This document shows positions 1 to 11,102 of a DNA stretch of 64,000 bases, piece by piece. Location of the stretch: NCBI GenBank assembly GCA_028826165.1, contig JAPDFW010000142.1:55125-119124 (forward strand). Reading direction: 5' to 3'. A program made the translations under genes and the position numbers. The notes under the pieces were generated by a model that was not told the origin of the DNA, made no database searches, and saw nothing but the letters and a program-made list of their open reading frames with translations. The number at the start of each line of letters is the position of its first letter. Positions within the stretch are counted from its first letter, which is position 1. Origin of the DNA: Anaeramoeba ignava BMAN (taxonomy: Eukaryota; Protista; Anaeramoebae).

Positions 1-939
1 ATAAATCGCATAAAAAAGATTGGTATTGAACTCTTCGGAAATAAAATACAAATAATTGCGTGATTACTGGGTCTTCTTTTGCAAAATCTTGTGGTTCCTT
101 TTGTCGTTTAACTTGTTCTCTAATTGCCATCTTTATAATTATAATTTTATTTTAATAATTCTTTTAACTTTTTTACTAATAATTTTTTTACAGTAAATAA
201 TCTTAATAAAAGATATTCTTCTCTTGGAGAAAAAGCATAACCAAATAAAGTAAGAATCATGGTTTGCAAAAATTGATTAAGTTGTTCTTTTTGAACCAAA
301 TACAAAGTACGTGCCAGATATTTAGGTTCGAGTTGCAATAAATAAAACAAATGACTGTAATGTTGCAAAACTTCTTTTGGTAAATTTTTTTCTATTTGAT
401 TAGCTAGCTTTTTTGCATTTGATTCTTCATCAAATTCTCTTATTGAAATTCGATGTTTAATTAAAAGAGATATTTTTGAATCTAATTGTTGTAATTGAAG
501 TTGTAATTCTCTTAATTCTCGAATTTCTACAACCCATTTTTTTCTTAATGATGATAATTCTTGATTTAAAGTTTGCGAATCAAATAATGATGTTTTATTC
601 AATAAAAATTTGCAAATATAATTTAGTTCATAAAGTGAAAGATTTTTATTTGATTCTATTTTAAATTTTTTAAATTAAATTTTTTTAATTTTATTTTAAA
701 TTTATTTTTTCTTTTATTTTTTTCTACTTAATAATTTATATGCTTTTCTAATTAAAAATCCTCGTGAAATTGTTTGTATTTTTGTTGTTGATTGTTTTTT
801 CTTTGTCCATCTTTTTTTTTTATATAAAAGAATTTTTATATTTTTTTTTTTAATTTTTTTTTAAAAATTTTTTTTTTTAATTTTTTTACTCAATATTTTC
901 TTTTTTCATTTTTATAAATTGAATTAAAATTGATTCCAT
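1..939 (-). CDS. IQGAP-related RasGAP-family protein, 5' part (gene continues off the left edge)
   Basis: Spliced by eye: ATG at 939 (MESILIQFIKMKKENIE), intron, exon ~810-735 with IQ motif IQTISRGFLIRK, then the exon in ORF 147-602 with HLFYLLQLEPKYLAR...TLFGYAFSPREEYLLLRLF, typical of the region preceding the GAP-related domain of IQGAP/DGAP1-type proteins. Confidence 0.8.
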
Positions 940-1084
940 TTTTTTTAATTATTAAATAATCTAAGAAAAAAAAAAAATGAAAAAAATGAAAAAAAATGAA
1001 AAATAAATGTCAAAAAAAAAAAAATAAAAATAAATAAAAGTCGAATTTTCTTTTTTTTTTTAATTCATTTTTTTTTGATCAAAA

Positions 1085-1713
1085 ATGGAACAAAAAATTC
1101 TATTCAAAGAAAAAAAACCTTCTGAAAGTAAGAAAGAAAAATAAAAAGAAAAAAAACAAATTAAAAATTAATTTATTAAAAAAAAAAAAAAGCAATTTTT
1201 GAAATTTTTCGTTCTCTTTTTTTTAAAATTCAAAATCAAAATGAAAATCAAAATCAAAATCAAAATCAAAATCAAAATCAAAATCAAAATCAAAATCAAA
1301 ATCAAAATCAAAACATTTTTCCAATTTTACAAAAAATTCTTTTTAATCTTGAAAATTTTAATCATCAATTTTCAATTCAAATTCAAAATCAAAACAAAAT
1401 TCAATTTGAAATTGAAAAAATTAATCAAAAAATTTTAAATTTCAAAAATTTATTAGAAAAAAATCAATTATTATTTGAAGAAATTGAGAATAAAATTGAG
1501 AATAAAATTGAGAATAAAATTGAGAATAAAATTGAGAATAAAACAATTTCAAATTTTCATAATATTCTTAATCAAAAAAAACAAGAAATTAATAATTTAA
1601 TTCAAGAAAAAAATAAAATTATCCAAATTCAAAAAAAAAATGAATTAAAAATTGAAACAAGAAAAAATGAAATGAGAAAATTTGTTAAAACAATAAATAC
1701 AAAAATTAAATAA
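1085..1713 (+). CDS. Small hypothetical coiled-coil, Q/N-rich protein (2 exons: 1085-1127, 1193-1713)
   Basis: ATG 1085, donor A|GTAAG at 1128, acceptor AG at 1191-1192. Phase-consistent open frame to TAA 1711-1713 (…QNQNQN…EIENKIENKIENK…). Not in the ORF track. Confidence 0.6.
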
Positions 1714-1818
1714 AAATAAAAATAAAAAAAGCAAATAAATTTTTGGTTTCTTTTTATTATTTCTAATTGAAAAAATTAAATCGAGAAAGAAAGAAAGAAA
1801 GAAAGAAAATCTTTTCTT

Positions 1819-4428
1819 TTAATATTTTTCAAAAAGTAATTTTGAAAAATTTTTTATTCTTCTAATTCCACGAATTTCAAAAGGATTTAAAGGAACTTTA
1901 ACAACATGAAAATCTTGATAAAGAACTTCAACATCAGATAAATAATTTTGTTGCATTAAAGCTCTAGAATTGCATAATGGACAATTTTCCATAATGCAAA
2001 TTGTATCATTTTTATCAATAATTTGATTATCAATATTCATGTTATTATCATTGTTATTATTATTATTATTTTCATTCGTTATTAATTCATCATCATCTAT
2101 TTTTAATATTTCAAGTAATTTTGCTGATTTTTCTGGAAAAATTAATTGATTCACAACTATATTTTGTGAATGAATTCCAAATCGGAAAAGTTCTTGAACC
2201 ATTCTTTCAGTTTCATAAATGGATAAAAATTCAGGAATACAAACATGAACAAAAGTAGTTTTTTCCTTTTTTTTTTTTAAAAAAAATTTTAATCAATTCA
2301 ATTATTTTGATTTTTTTCATTTACAAAAAATATATATATATATACTTTGTCTTTAAATCGAGATGAAACTGTATGCATTGCTTTAGACATTTTATTTAAT
2401 TTTTCTTGATTACTTTCATCATCATCTATATCATCTTTTCCAAGAAGAGAATTTGCAATCTAAAAAACAAAAAATCAAATGATTTCCATAAAAAAAAAAT
2501 TCTTGTTTCAAATTAAAAATTGAATTCACTTTTGAAACTGTATCAAAAGTATCAGGATTTAAATTTAAAATTTGAGTAAGAGGTTGATCCATTGTTTCAG
2601 AAAGAGAAAGAAATCTAATTGTATGACCAGTTGGTGCTGTATCAAAAATAATTACAGAATATTTCATTTCTGAAACCGATCTAATTAAAAATTTTTTTTA
2701 ACATGAAAATTAAAAAATTTTTTTTAACATGAATTTTGATTACTTCATTAATTGTGAAAAACTTGTCATTTCATCTACTCCTGGAACAGAAGTTGAAAGA
2801 TCGTTTAAAAGATTTTGAAAAAAACCAAGGGATTCATCTTTTTTTGCTTTTTCAAAAATTTTTTCAGATTTTTGTTCGATTTGTTTTGTTTGTGTTATTG
2901 GATCAATTTCCTTTTCATTTATAATTAATTTAATAAATAAATTTATAAATAATTTTATATTTAATTTTATATTTAATTTTATAATTAATTTTATAAATAA
3001 TTTTATAAATAATTTTATAAATAATTTTATATTTAATTTTATAATTAATTTTATAAATAATTTTATATATAATTTTATAAATAATTTTATATTTAATTTT
3101 ATAAATAATTTTATAAATAATTTTATAATTAATTTTATAATTAATTTTATAAATAATTTTATAATTAATTTTATTATAATTTTATAAATAATTTTTTATA
3201 AATAATTTTTATTTTATAAATAATTTTTAAATATTAATAATTTTATAAAATAATTTTATAAATAATTTTATATATAATATTTTATAATTTTATAAATAAT
3301 TTTATAATTAATTTTTATAAATAATTTTATATTTAATTTTATAAATAATTTAATAAATAATTTAATATTTAATTTTATAATTAATTTTTATATATAATTT
3401 TATAAATAATTTTATATATAATTTTTTATATATAATTTTATAAATAATTTTATATTTAATTTTATTATTTAATTTTATAATTAATTTTATAAATAATTTT
3501 ATAATTAATTTTATAAATAATTTTATAAATAATTTAATAAATAATTTTATAAATAATTTTATAAATAATTTTATAAATATAAATAATTTAATATATAATT
3601 TTATAATTAATTTTATAAATAATTTTATAATTAATTTTATATTTAATTTTTATAAACAATTTTATAAATAATTTTATAATTAATTTTATAAATAATTTTA
3701 TAATTAATTTTATAAATAAATTTATATTTAATTTTATAAATAATTTTATAAATAATTTAATATTTAATTTTTATAAATAATTATATAAATAATTATATAA
3801 TTAATTATATAAATAATTTTATAAATAATTTTATAAATAATTTTATAATTAATTTTATAATTAATTTTATATTTAATTTTATAAATAATTTTATAAATAA
3901 TTTTATAATTAATTTTATAATTAATTTTATAATTAATTTTATAAATAATTTAATAAATAATTTTATATATAATTTTATAAATAATTTTATATTTAATTTT
4001 ATAAATAATTTTATAAATAATTTTATATATAATTTTATAATTAATTTTATAAATAATTTTATAATTAATTTTATAATTAATTTAATAAATAATTTTATAA
4101 ATAATTTTATAAATAATTTAATAATTAATTATATAAATAATTTTATAATTAATTTTTGTACCATTGCAAATAAATTAGGGACACCATTAATTTGAGTTGG
4201 TTCTTTGCCAATATGTTGGTCAAAAGTATCTGAAAGATTATGAGCGGGATCAGTTGAAATAAGTAAAACTGATTCACGAACTTCTGCAAATTTCATTGCA
4301 ATACTACAACTAATTGTTGTTTTTCCAACTCCTCCTTTTCCTCCAACAAGAATCCATTCTAAATTTGGTGCTTCAAGTAAATTTTGTAAAGTTGATTCTA
4401 ATTGTTGCAAATTTTCTGTTAATTCCAT
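1819..4428 (-). CDS. GET3: GET3/ASNA1 (ArsA-family) tail-anchored protein insertion ATPase, multi-exon
   Basis: [11 protein letters not shown]-loop, [44 protein letters not shown] and CxxC (CPLC). Intron 1 = 2911-4161. Confidence 0.93.
2915..4155. repeat. AT-only ~12-13-bp minisatellite (ATAATTTTATAA-like) filling GET3 intron 1
   Basis: Continuous degenerate repeat between donor 4161 and acceptor 2911. Confidence 0.9.
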
Positions 4429-4464
4429 TAAAAATGAAAAAAAATGAAAAAAATGAAAAAAATA

Positions 4465-5397
4465 AAAATTAAATTGAATAATAATTTATTTATAAATTAA
4501 TTTAAAATTATTAATAAATAATGAAAATATGTTTAAAATTGTAAATTTATTAATTAGAAATTATTATTTTATTTATTAAAATATTTTATTAAATTTATTT
4601 AAAAATTTATAATTAAATTGAATAATAATTTATTTTGGAATTAATTTTAAATTATTAATAAATAATGGAAATATGTTTAAAATTGTAAATTTATTAATTA
4701 GAAATAATTATTTTATTTATTAAATTATTTTATTAAATTTATTTAAAAATTTATAATTAAATTGAATAATAATTTATTTACAAATTAATTTTAAATTATT
4801 AATAAATAATGAAAATAAGTTTAAAATTGTAAATTTATTAATTAGAAATTATTATTTTATTTATTAAAAAAATATTTTATTAAATTTATTTAAAAATTTA
4901 TAATTAGATTGAATAATAATTTATTTCTAAATTAATTTTAAATTATTAATAAATAATGAAAATATGTTTAAAATTGTAAATTTATTAATTAGAAATTATT
5001 ATTTTATTTATTAAATTATTTTATTAAATTTATTTAAAAATTTATAATTAAATTGAATAATAATTTATTTATAAATTAATTTAAAATTATTAATAAATAA
5101 TGAAAATAAGTTTAAAATTGTAAATTTATTAATTAGAAATTATTATTTTATTTATTAAAATATTTTATTAAATTTATTTAAAAATTTATAATTAGATTGA
5201 ATAATAATTTATTTCTAAATTAATTTTAAATTATTAATAAATAATGAAAATATGTTTAAAATTGTAAATTTATTAATTAGAAATAATTATTTTATTTATT
5301 AAAATATTTTATTAAATTTATTTAAAAAATTATAATTAAATTGAATAATAATTTATTTTGGAATTAATTTTAAATTATTAATAAATAATGAAAATAA
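4465..5397. repeat. 144-bp tandem satellite, array 1 (left of transposon; one more unit resumes at 8137-8285)
   Basis: Anchor gaaaata(t/a)gtttaaaattgtaaa recurs at 4523, 4667, 4811, 4958, 5102, 5246, 5390 (period ~144). Confidence 0.92.
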
Positions 5398-8136
5398 GGT
5401 AAAATTTTCGGCGATCCCAATTGGGAATGCCTCCCAATTTGGGATGATCTCCTAATAAGAAGAAATATTATTGTTTTTTCTTTTGTATTTTTATTTGATC
5501 CCAAAAGATCCCAAATTTAATTTTTTTAAAAAAATTTTTTTTTTTTCTGAAAAATCTTAATTGGTCTTTAAATAGAATGAATTGAAAAAAAAATAACTTT
5601 GATAAAATATTTTTTAATAGTTAACGAATAGAGTCCGTTAATAATGCAAAAATCCATTTAAAAAATCTTACGTTCGAGTGATGCCTCTTTCATTTTTTTT
5701 TTTACCATTTTATTAAATTAAATTTTTTTCTTTAATTTTTGCAATGAATTATAATGGATTTGTTTGGTGGTCTAAAAATAAAACTGAAAAAGGTACCAAT
5801 TATTACGCATGTTCCAGAAAAGGATGCCCTGCTACTCTAACCGTTACGATAGATTTACAATATAGAGAGAGGGAAACATTCTACAGAATGCCTTGCAGAA
5901 AAAATGAAAAAGCAAAAGCAAAACTTACTGAATGAATTTCAAGAAGAAATTTTGAAACAAACACTGAACTTTTATAAAACACCTTCTCAAATATATCTGG
6001 AAGTAAAAGAAAAAATGATAAAAAAATCAGAAGATACAAATCTGCCCATATCTTTTCCATCACAAAACTCAATTATTAATCAAATTTCTAAAGAAAGAAA
6101 ATTACATTTCCCTTATGATCTAATCTTTATGTTAACAGAACCCCTTTTTCCTTAACAGATGATGGTTTGATTTTTGGAGAGGATCCAATTCCATAATGAT
6201 AGGAAATAAAAAGGAATCATTTATTATTTGGACAACTGATAAATTGTCAGGTTTGTTATTACAAAATTCCCAATCTTTTTGATGGGACCTTTTTTAATTG
6301 CTCCCAAACCCTTCAAACAATTACTTGTGATAATGGGATTTGATTCAGAAACTGAAACTTATTATCCTTGTATATATGCTCTTTTGACTGGGAAGCAAAT
6401 GGAGTTATATGTTCAATGTTTCGAATACATTAAAAATACACTTCTTCAAAACAAATGGAATCCGAAATTCATTACTTGTGATTTCGAGAGAAGCTTGTTA
6501 ACTGCTATTTGTAAAGTATTCCCCACTTCCAAATTAGTGGGGTGTTACTTCCATTTTAAACAAGCGCTTCAACGATGGTGCACAAAAAGAGGGCTAATGA
6601 ATGAAAGTATGAAATCTTCCACTGGAAGTTTGCTGCTAGAAATTGAGGTTCTCACACTAATTGAACCGAATCTGATAATACCAACAATCAAAACATTGGA
6701 ATCCAAATACCCAAACCAAAGCTTGTTTTGGAACTATTTTAAACATACTTGGTTATCCATTTTCCCTCCCAATTTATGGAATATTCATTTCTTTAAAGGA
6801 ATTGTACAGCGTACTAATAATGTAATAGAGAGAAATAATCGTTCGCTGAATAATTTAGTTAACCATCAAAAGCCACTTTTAATGGAATTTCTACAAGTTA
6901 TCAAAGAGGAAGATAATAAATGGAGAAAAAAATTAGATGAGAATCGGGATTCTCGCAGTCAAAAACAACTAAATATTTATCCATTAGATCCAAACTCTCT
7001 CACATATCAATGGTTAGAAAAAGTGGATCTAAAATTGGAATTTGAGTACATGTTAGAAGAAAAAAATTTATTAACTGGAAACCAAATTTTAAATTTAATT
7101 CAAAAAAATCAACAAACGATACAGATTATGAGTCCAAAAGAAAAGCATGTCCTTACTCAATCTATTGTAACCTTCGAAATTTAATTTCTACTCTTTTTTT
7201 CTCATCCATTATTTTATCTTTTTTTAGGATTCAAATGAATCAACAAACACCGAAAAGGTCAAAATTGAGAAAGAATCAAATTCAAATTCTAATACTAACA
7301 TTTTGGATATCCACAATGATTCATCTTTGAAACTGATTCCAAGCTTAAAGGAGAAATTAATCAGCCCAAAAATTGAATCCAATTCTCTTCCTTTCCAATC
7401 GAAAATGAAGTAACAAAAACTTTTCAACTAAAAAAAAACCTGACAATAATTGTTTTTTTTACATTTATTCTAGTTATTTCCTACAGAAGGATGCAAGCAA
7501 ACAATTAAATATTAATATCCCTTCAACAAAAAAAAGAAAAGATTGTGGAAATGAAAAATTCGATATTATATTACAAAGCACGCAAAAATGGGGAAAAATT
7601 CTTTAATGATTCCCAGAAAGTCGATAAAATAGATTGGGAGAAGATAGTGAATACTGATTCAATTTTTGATTTGAGGTAGGGAAGAAGATTTATCAAGAGA
7701 TGCAAAGAAGACAAATCAAAAACATTTCATATTTGCTAAAAAAACATGAATTAATTAAAAATTTAGGACTTATTTAAATCAATAATTTAAAGTTACAATT
7801 TATCTAAAATTCTATCTTTTGATTCTATCAAAAAGGAGTTTGAATCATTTCAATAATTCAGAAAATTTTTTTTCATAATTTTGATTTTTTTTGGGAGAAG
7901 ATCCAAATTTCTCTTCCCCACATTTTCGATTAATTTTAATTTTTGATCCCAAAAAATTTTTCATTTTTGGGAGAAGAATTTTGATTTTTTCTAACAAATT
8001 AATCAATAAAATCAAAAAGAAAAATAATTTGGGATTTATTTTGGGTTTTTTATTTTTTCAAAAATTCAATAAGCTTAACCCCCAAATCAAAACTTTTTGG
8101 GATGATCTCCCAATTGGGAGTGCCGAAAATTTTACC
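5398..8136 (+). mobile_element. Mutator-like (MULE) DNA transposon, 2739 bp, with TIRs and 8-bp target-site duplication
   Basis: Left end GGTAAAATTTTCGGCgaTCCCAATTGGGA and right-end reverse complement GGTAAAATTTTCGGCacTCCCAATTGGGA (27/29). Direct repeat GAAAATAA at 5390-5397 and 8137-8144. Removing the element and one copy restores the satellite unit. Confidence 0.93.
5744..7184 (+). pseudogene. MULE transposase (FLYWCH/WRKY-like Zn finger plus MULE DDE domain), frameshifted as assembled
   Basis: YNGFVWW…YYACSRKGCPATL N-terminus; DGTF (6281, one frame off the main ORF), ITCDFE, GCYFH (CxxH), RTNNVIE. Split over ORFs 5744, 5904 and 6279. Confidence 0.82.
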
Positions 8137-8442
8137 GAAAATAAGTTTAAAATTGTAAATTTATTAATTAGAAATTATTATTTTATTTATTAAATTATTT
8201 TATTAAATTTATTTAAAAATTTATAATTAGATTGAATAATAATTTATTTCTAAATTAATTTTAAATTATTAATAAATAATGAATTAAACATTGGATGATT
8301 TGGAAAAATTAATTTTATTTATTAAAATTTGATCAATTTTTTTTGCTTTTTTTTTTGTTCACTTAAAGAAAAAAAATTATTTATTTCCAATTTTTCATTT
8401 TTCATTTTTATCTTTATTGGTTTTTTTTTTGAATTTTTTATA

Positions 8443-8808
8443 ATGAATATCAAAGTTTTGTTTTTACTTGTTCTTTTAGGGATTGTTGCATCTCAATCAA
8501 TGGATTCAACAGTATCAGCATTAGCTTTATTTTATAGTGATGAATATTGCACTCAACAAATTGGTTCAGCTGAATTACCTGCAGGAAGTTGTGTTATTCT
8601 TAGTGGTGCACAATCAACTGGTGCTGCTATGAAAACAAATGTTACAACTACCATTAATTATTATTCAGATACTACTGATTGTACTGGTAATTCAATTGTT
8701 TTGGATTCGACTGCTAATGTATGCTATTATAATGGAAGTGGATCTGGTTTTATTGCTGTTCAAATTGGTGTTATTGCTCTTCTTCTAATTTCATTTTTCC
8801 TCTTTTAA
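8443..8808 (+). CDS. Small secreted Cys-containing, probably GPI-anchored surface protein (paralogue A, 121 aa)
   Basis: True start MNIKVLFLLVLLGIVASQ (signal peptide); FYSDEYC and YYSDTTDC motifs; GSGS followed by a hydrophobic C-terminus with no cytoplasmic tail. Confidence 0.75.
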   Translation: MNIKVLFLLVLLGIVASQSMDSTVSALALFYSDEYCTQQIGSAELPAGSCVILSGAQSTGAAMKTNVTTTINYYSDTTDCTGNSIVLDSTANVCYYNGSGSGFIAVQIGVIALLLISFFLF

Positions 8809-8914
8809 TTTCAAACAATTTCTTTTTCTTTTTCTTTTTTTTCTTTTTTTTTTTCTTTTTCTTCCTTTCAAAAAAAATTGATCAATCGAAATAAATCCAA
8901 ATTACTTTTCTTTT

Positions 8915-10590
8915 CTTTTATAAATTAATTTTAAATTATTAATAAATAATGAAAATAAGTTTAAAATTGTAAATTTATTAATTAGAAATTATTATTTTAT
9001 TTATTAAATTATTTTATTAAATTTATTTAAAAATTTATAATTAAATTGAATAATAATTTATTTCCAAATTAATTTTAAATTATTAATAAATAATGAAAAT
9101 AAGTTTAAAATTGTAAATTTATTAATTAGAAATTATTATTTTATTTATTAAAATATTTTATTAAATTTATTTAAAAATTTATAATTAAATTGAATAATTA
9201 TTTATTTTGGAATCAATTTTAAATTATGAATAAATAATGAAAATAAGTTTAAAATTGTAAATTTATTAATTAGAAATTATTATTTTATTTATTAAATTAT
9301 TTTATTAAATTTATTTAAAAATTTATAATTAGATTGAATAATAATTTATTTTGGAATTAATTTTAAATTATTAATAAATAATGAAAATATGTTTAAAATT
9401 GTAAATTTATTAATTAGAAATTATTATTTTATTTATTAAAATATTTTATTAAATTTATTTAAAAATTTAAAATTAAATTGAATAATAATTTATTTTGGAA
9501 TTAATTTTTAAATTATTAATAAATAATGAAAATATGTTTAAAATTGTAAATTTATTAATTAGAAATTATTAATTTATTTATTAAATTATTTTATTAAATT
9601 TATTTAAAAATTTATAATTAAATTGAATAATAATTTATTTTGGAATTAATTTTAAAATTATTAATAAATAATGAAAATATGTTTAAAATTGTAAATTTAT
9701 TAATTAGAAATAATTATTTTATTTATTAAAATATTTTATTAAATTTATTTAAAAATTTATAATTAAATTGAATAATAATTTATTTTGGAATTAATTTAAA
9801 ATTATTAATAAATAATGAAAATAAGTTTAAAATTGTAAATTTATTAATTAGAAATTATTAATTTATTTATTAAAATATTTTATTAAATTTATTTAAAAAT
9901 TTATAATTAAATTGAATAATTATTTATTTTGGAATTAATTTAAAAATTATTAATAAATAATGGAAATATGTTTAAAATTGTAAATTTATTAATTAGAAAT
10001 TATTATTTTATTTATTAAATTATTTTATTAAATTTATTTAAAAATAAAAATTAAATTGAATAATAATTTATTTATAAATTAATTTAAAATTATTAATAAA
10101 TAATGGAAATATGTTTAAAATTGTAAATTTATTAATTAGAAATTATTATTTTTATTTATTAAAATATTTTATTAAATTTATTTAAAAATTTAAAATTAAA
10201 TTGAATAATAATTTATTTATAAATTAATTTTAAATTATTAATAAATAATGAAAATATGTTTAAAATTGTAAATTTATTAATTAGAAATTATTATTTTATT
10301 TATTAAATTATTTTATTAAATTTATTTAAAAATTTATAATTAAATTGAATAATAATTCATTTATAAATTAATTTTAAATTATTAATAAATAATGAAAATA
10401 TGTTTAAAATTGTAAATTTATTAATTAGAAATTATTATTTTATTTATTAAAATATTTTATTAAATTTATTTAAAAATTTATAATTAAATTGAATAATAAT
10501 TTATTTTGGAATTAATTTTAAATCATTAATAAATAATGGAAATATGTTTAAAATTGTAAATTTATTAATTAGAAATTATTATTTATTAAT
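8915..10590. repeat. 144-bp tandem satellite, array 2 (~12 units)
   Basis: Same monomer as array 1; anchors at 8951, 9095, 9239, 9383 … 10538. Confidence 0.92.
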
Positions 10591-10626
10591 AAAAAAAATT
10601 TTTTTCTTTTTCATTTTTTTTTTAAA

Positions 10627-11007
10627 ATGAATTTAAAAATAATCTTTTTAATTTCTATTTTAGCATTAGTTTCATGTGATTCATTCACAACAACAAATGC
10701 GACAACTTTAACATTTTATGGTGATAATCAATGTTCGAACCCACAAGGATCATTGGATTGCATTGCAGATGAATGCGGAACAGTAACTCAAAGTAAAGGA
10801 ATCAAACAAATGGAATCTGCATCAGTAATTATTTATTGCACATCTTCTGAATCAACTACACTTTATTATTATGAAGGTAATGAAGTATGCTCAGGTACTC
10901 CAAAAGTAACAGATATGCAACCTGGTAATTGCTATCTTTTTAGTTCTTCTTCAATCCAATTTATCCCTTTTTTCTTTCTTACTTTCTTTTTAATTCTTTT
11001 CTTTTAA
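10627..11007 (+). CDS. Small secreted Cys-containing, probably GPI-anchored surface protein (paralogue B, 126 aa)
   Basis: Signal peptide; FYGDNQC…GS…C and YYYEGNEVCSG…CY pattern matching paralogue A; SSSS plus hydrophobic C-terminus. Confidence 0.75.
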   Translation: MNLKIIFLISILALVSCDSFTTTNATTLTFYGDNQCSNPQGSLDCIADECGTVTQSKGIKQMESASVIIYCTSSESTTLYYYEGNEVCSGTPKVTDMQPGNCYLFSSSSIQFIPFFFLTFFLILFF

Positions 11008-11102
11008 TTCTTGAATTTTCCACTTTTTTTTTTAAATCAATCAATCCAAAAAAAAATTAATAAAAAAATATTTTTTTCTTTTTCATTTTTTTTTCTTTTC
11101 AA

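Noticed and set aside
1819-4428. Bacterial arsenite-efflux ArsA or horizontal transfer
   Set aside because: Single ATPase domain, spliceosomal introns and the Get3 CxxC motif indicate ordinary eukaryotic GET3.
7891-8193. 100-aa ORF at the transposon right end
   Set aside because: Non-ATG start, crosses the TIR into satellite, low complexity.
4465-10590. Regular repeats as a possible CRISPR array
   Set aside because: Head-to-tail 144-bp monomers with no unique spacers, no cas genes, eukaryotic context.
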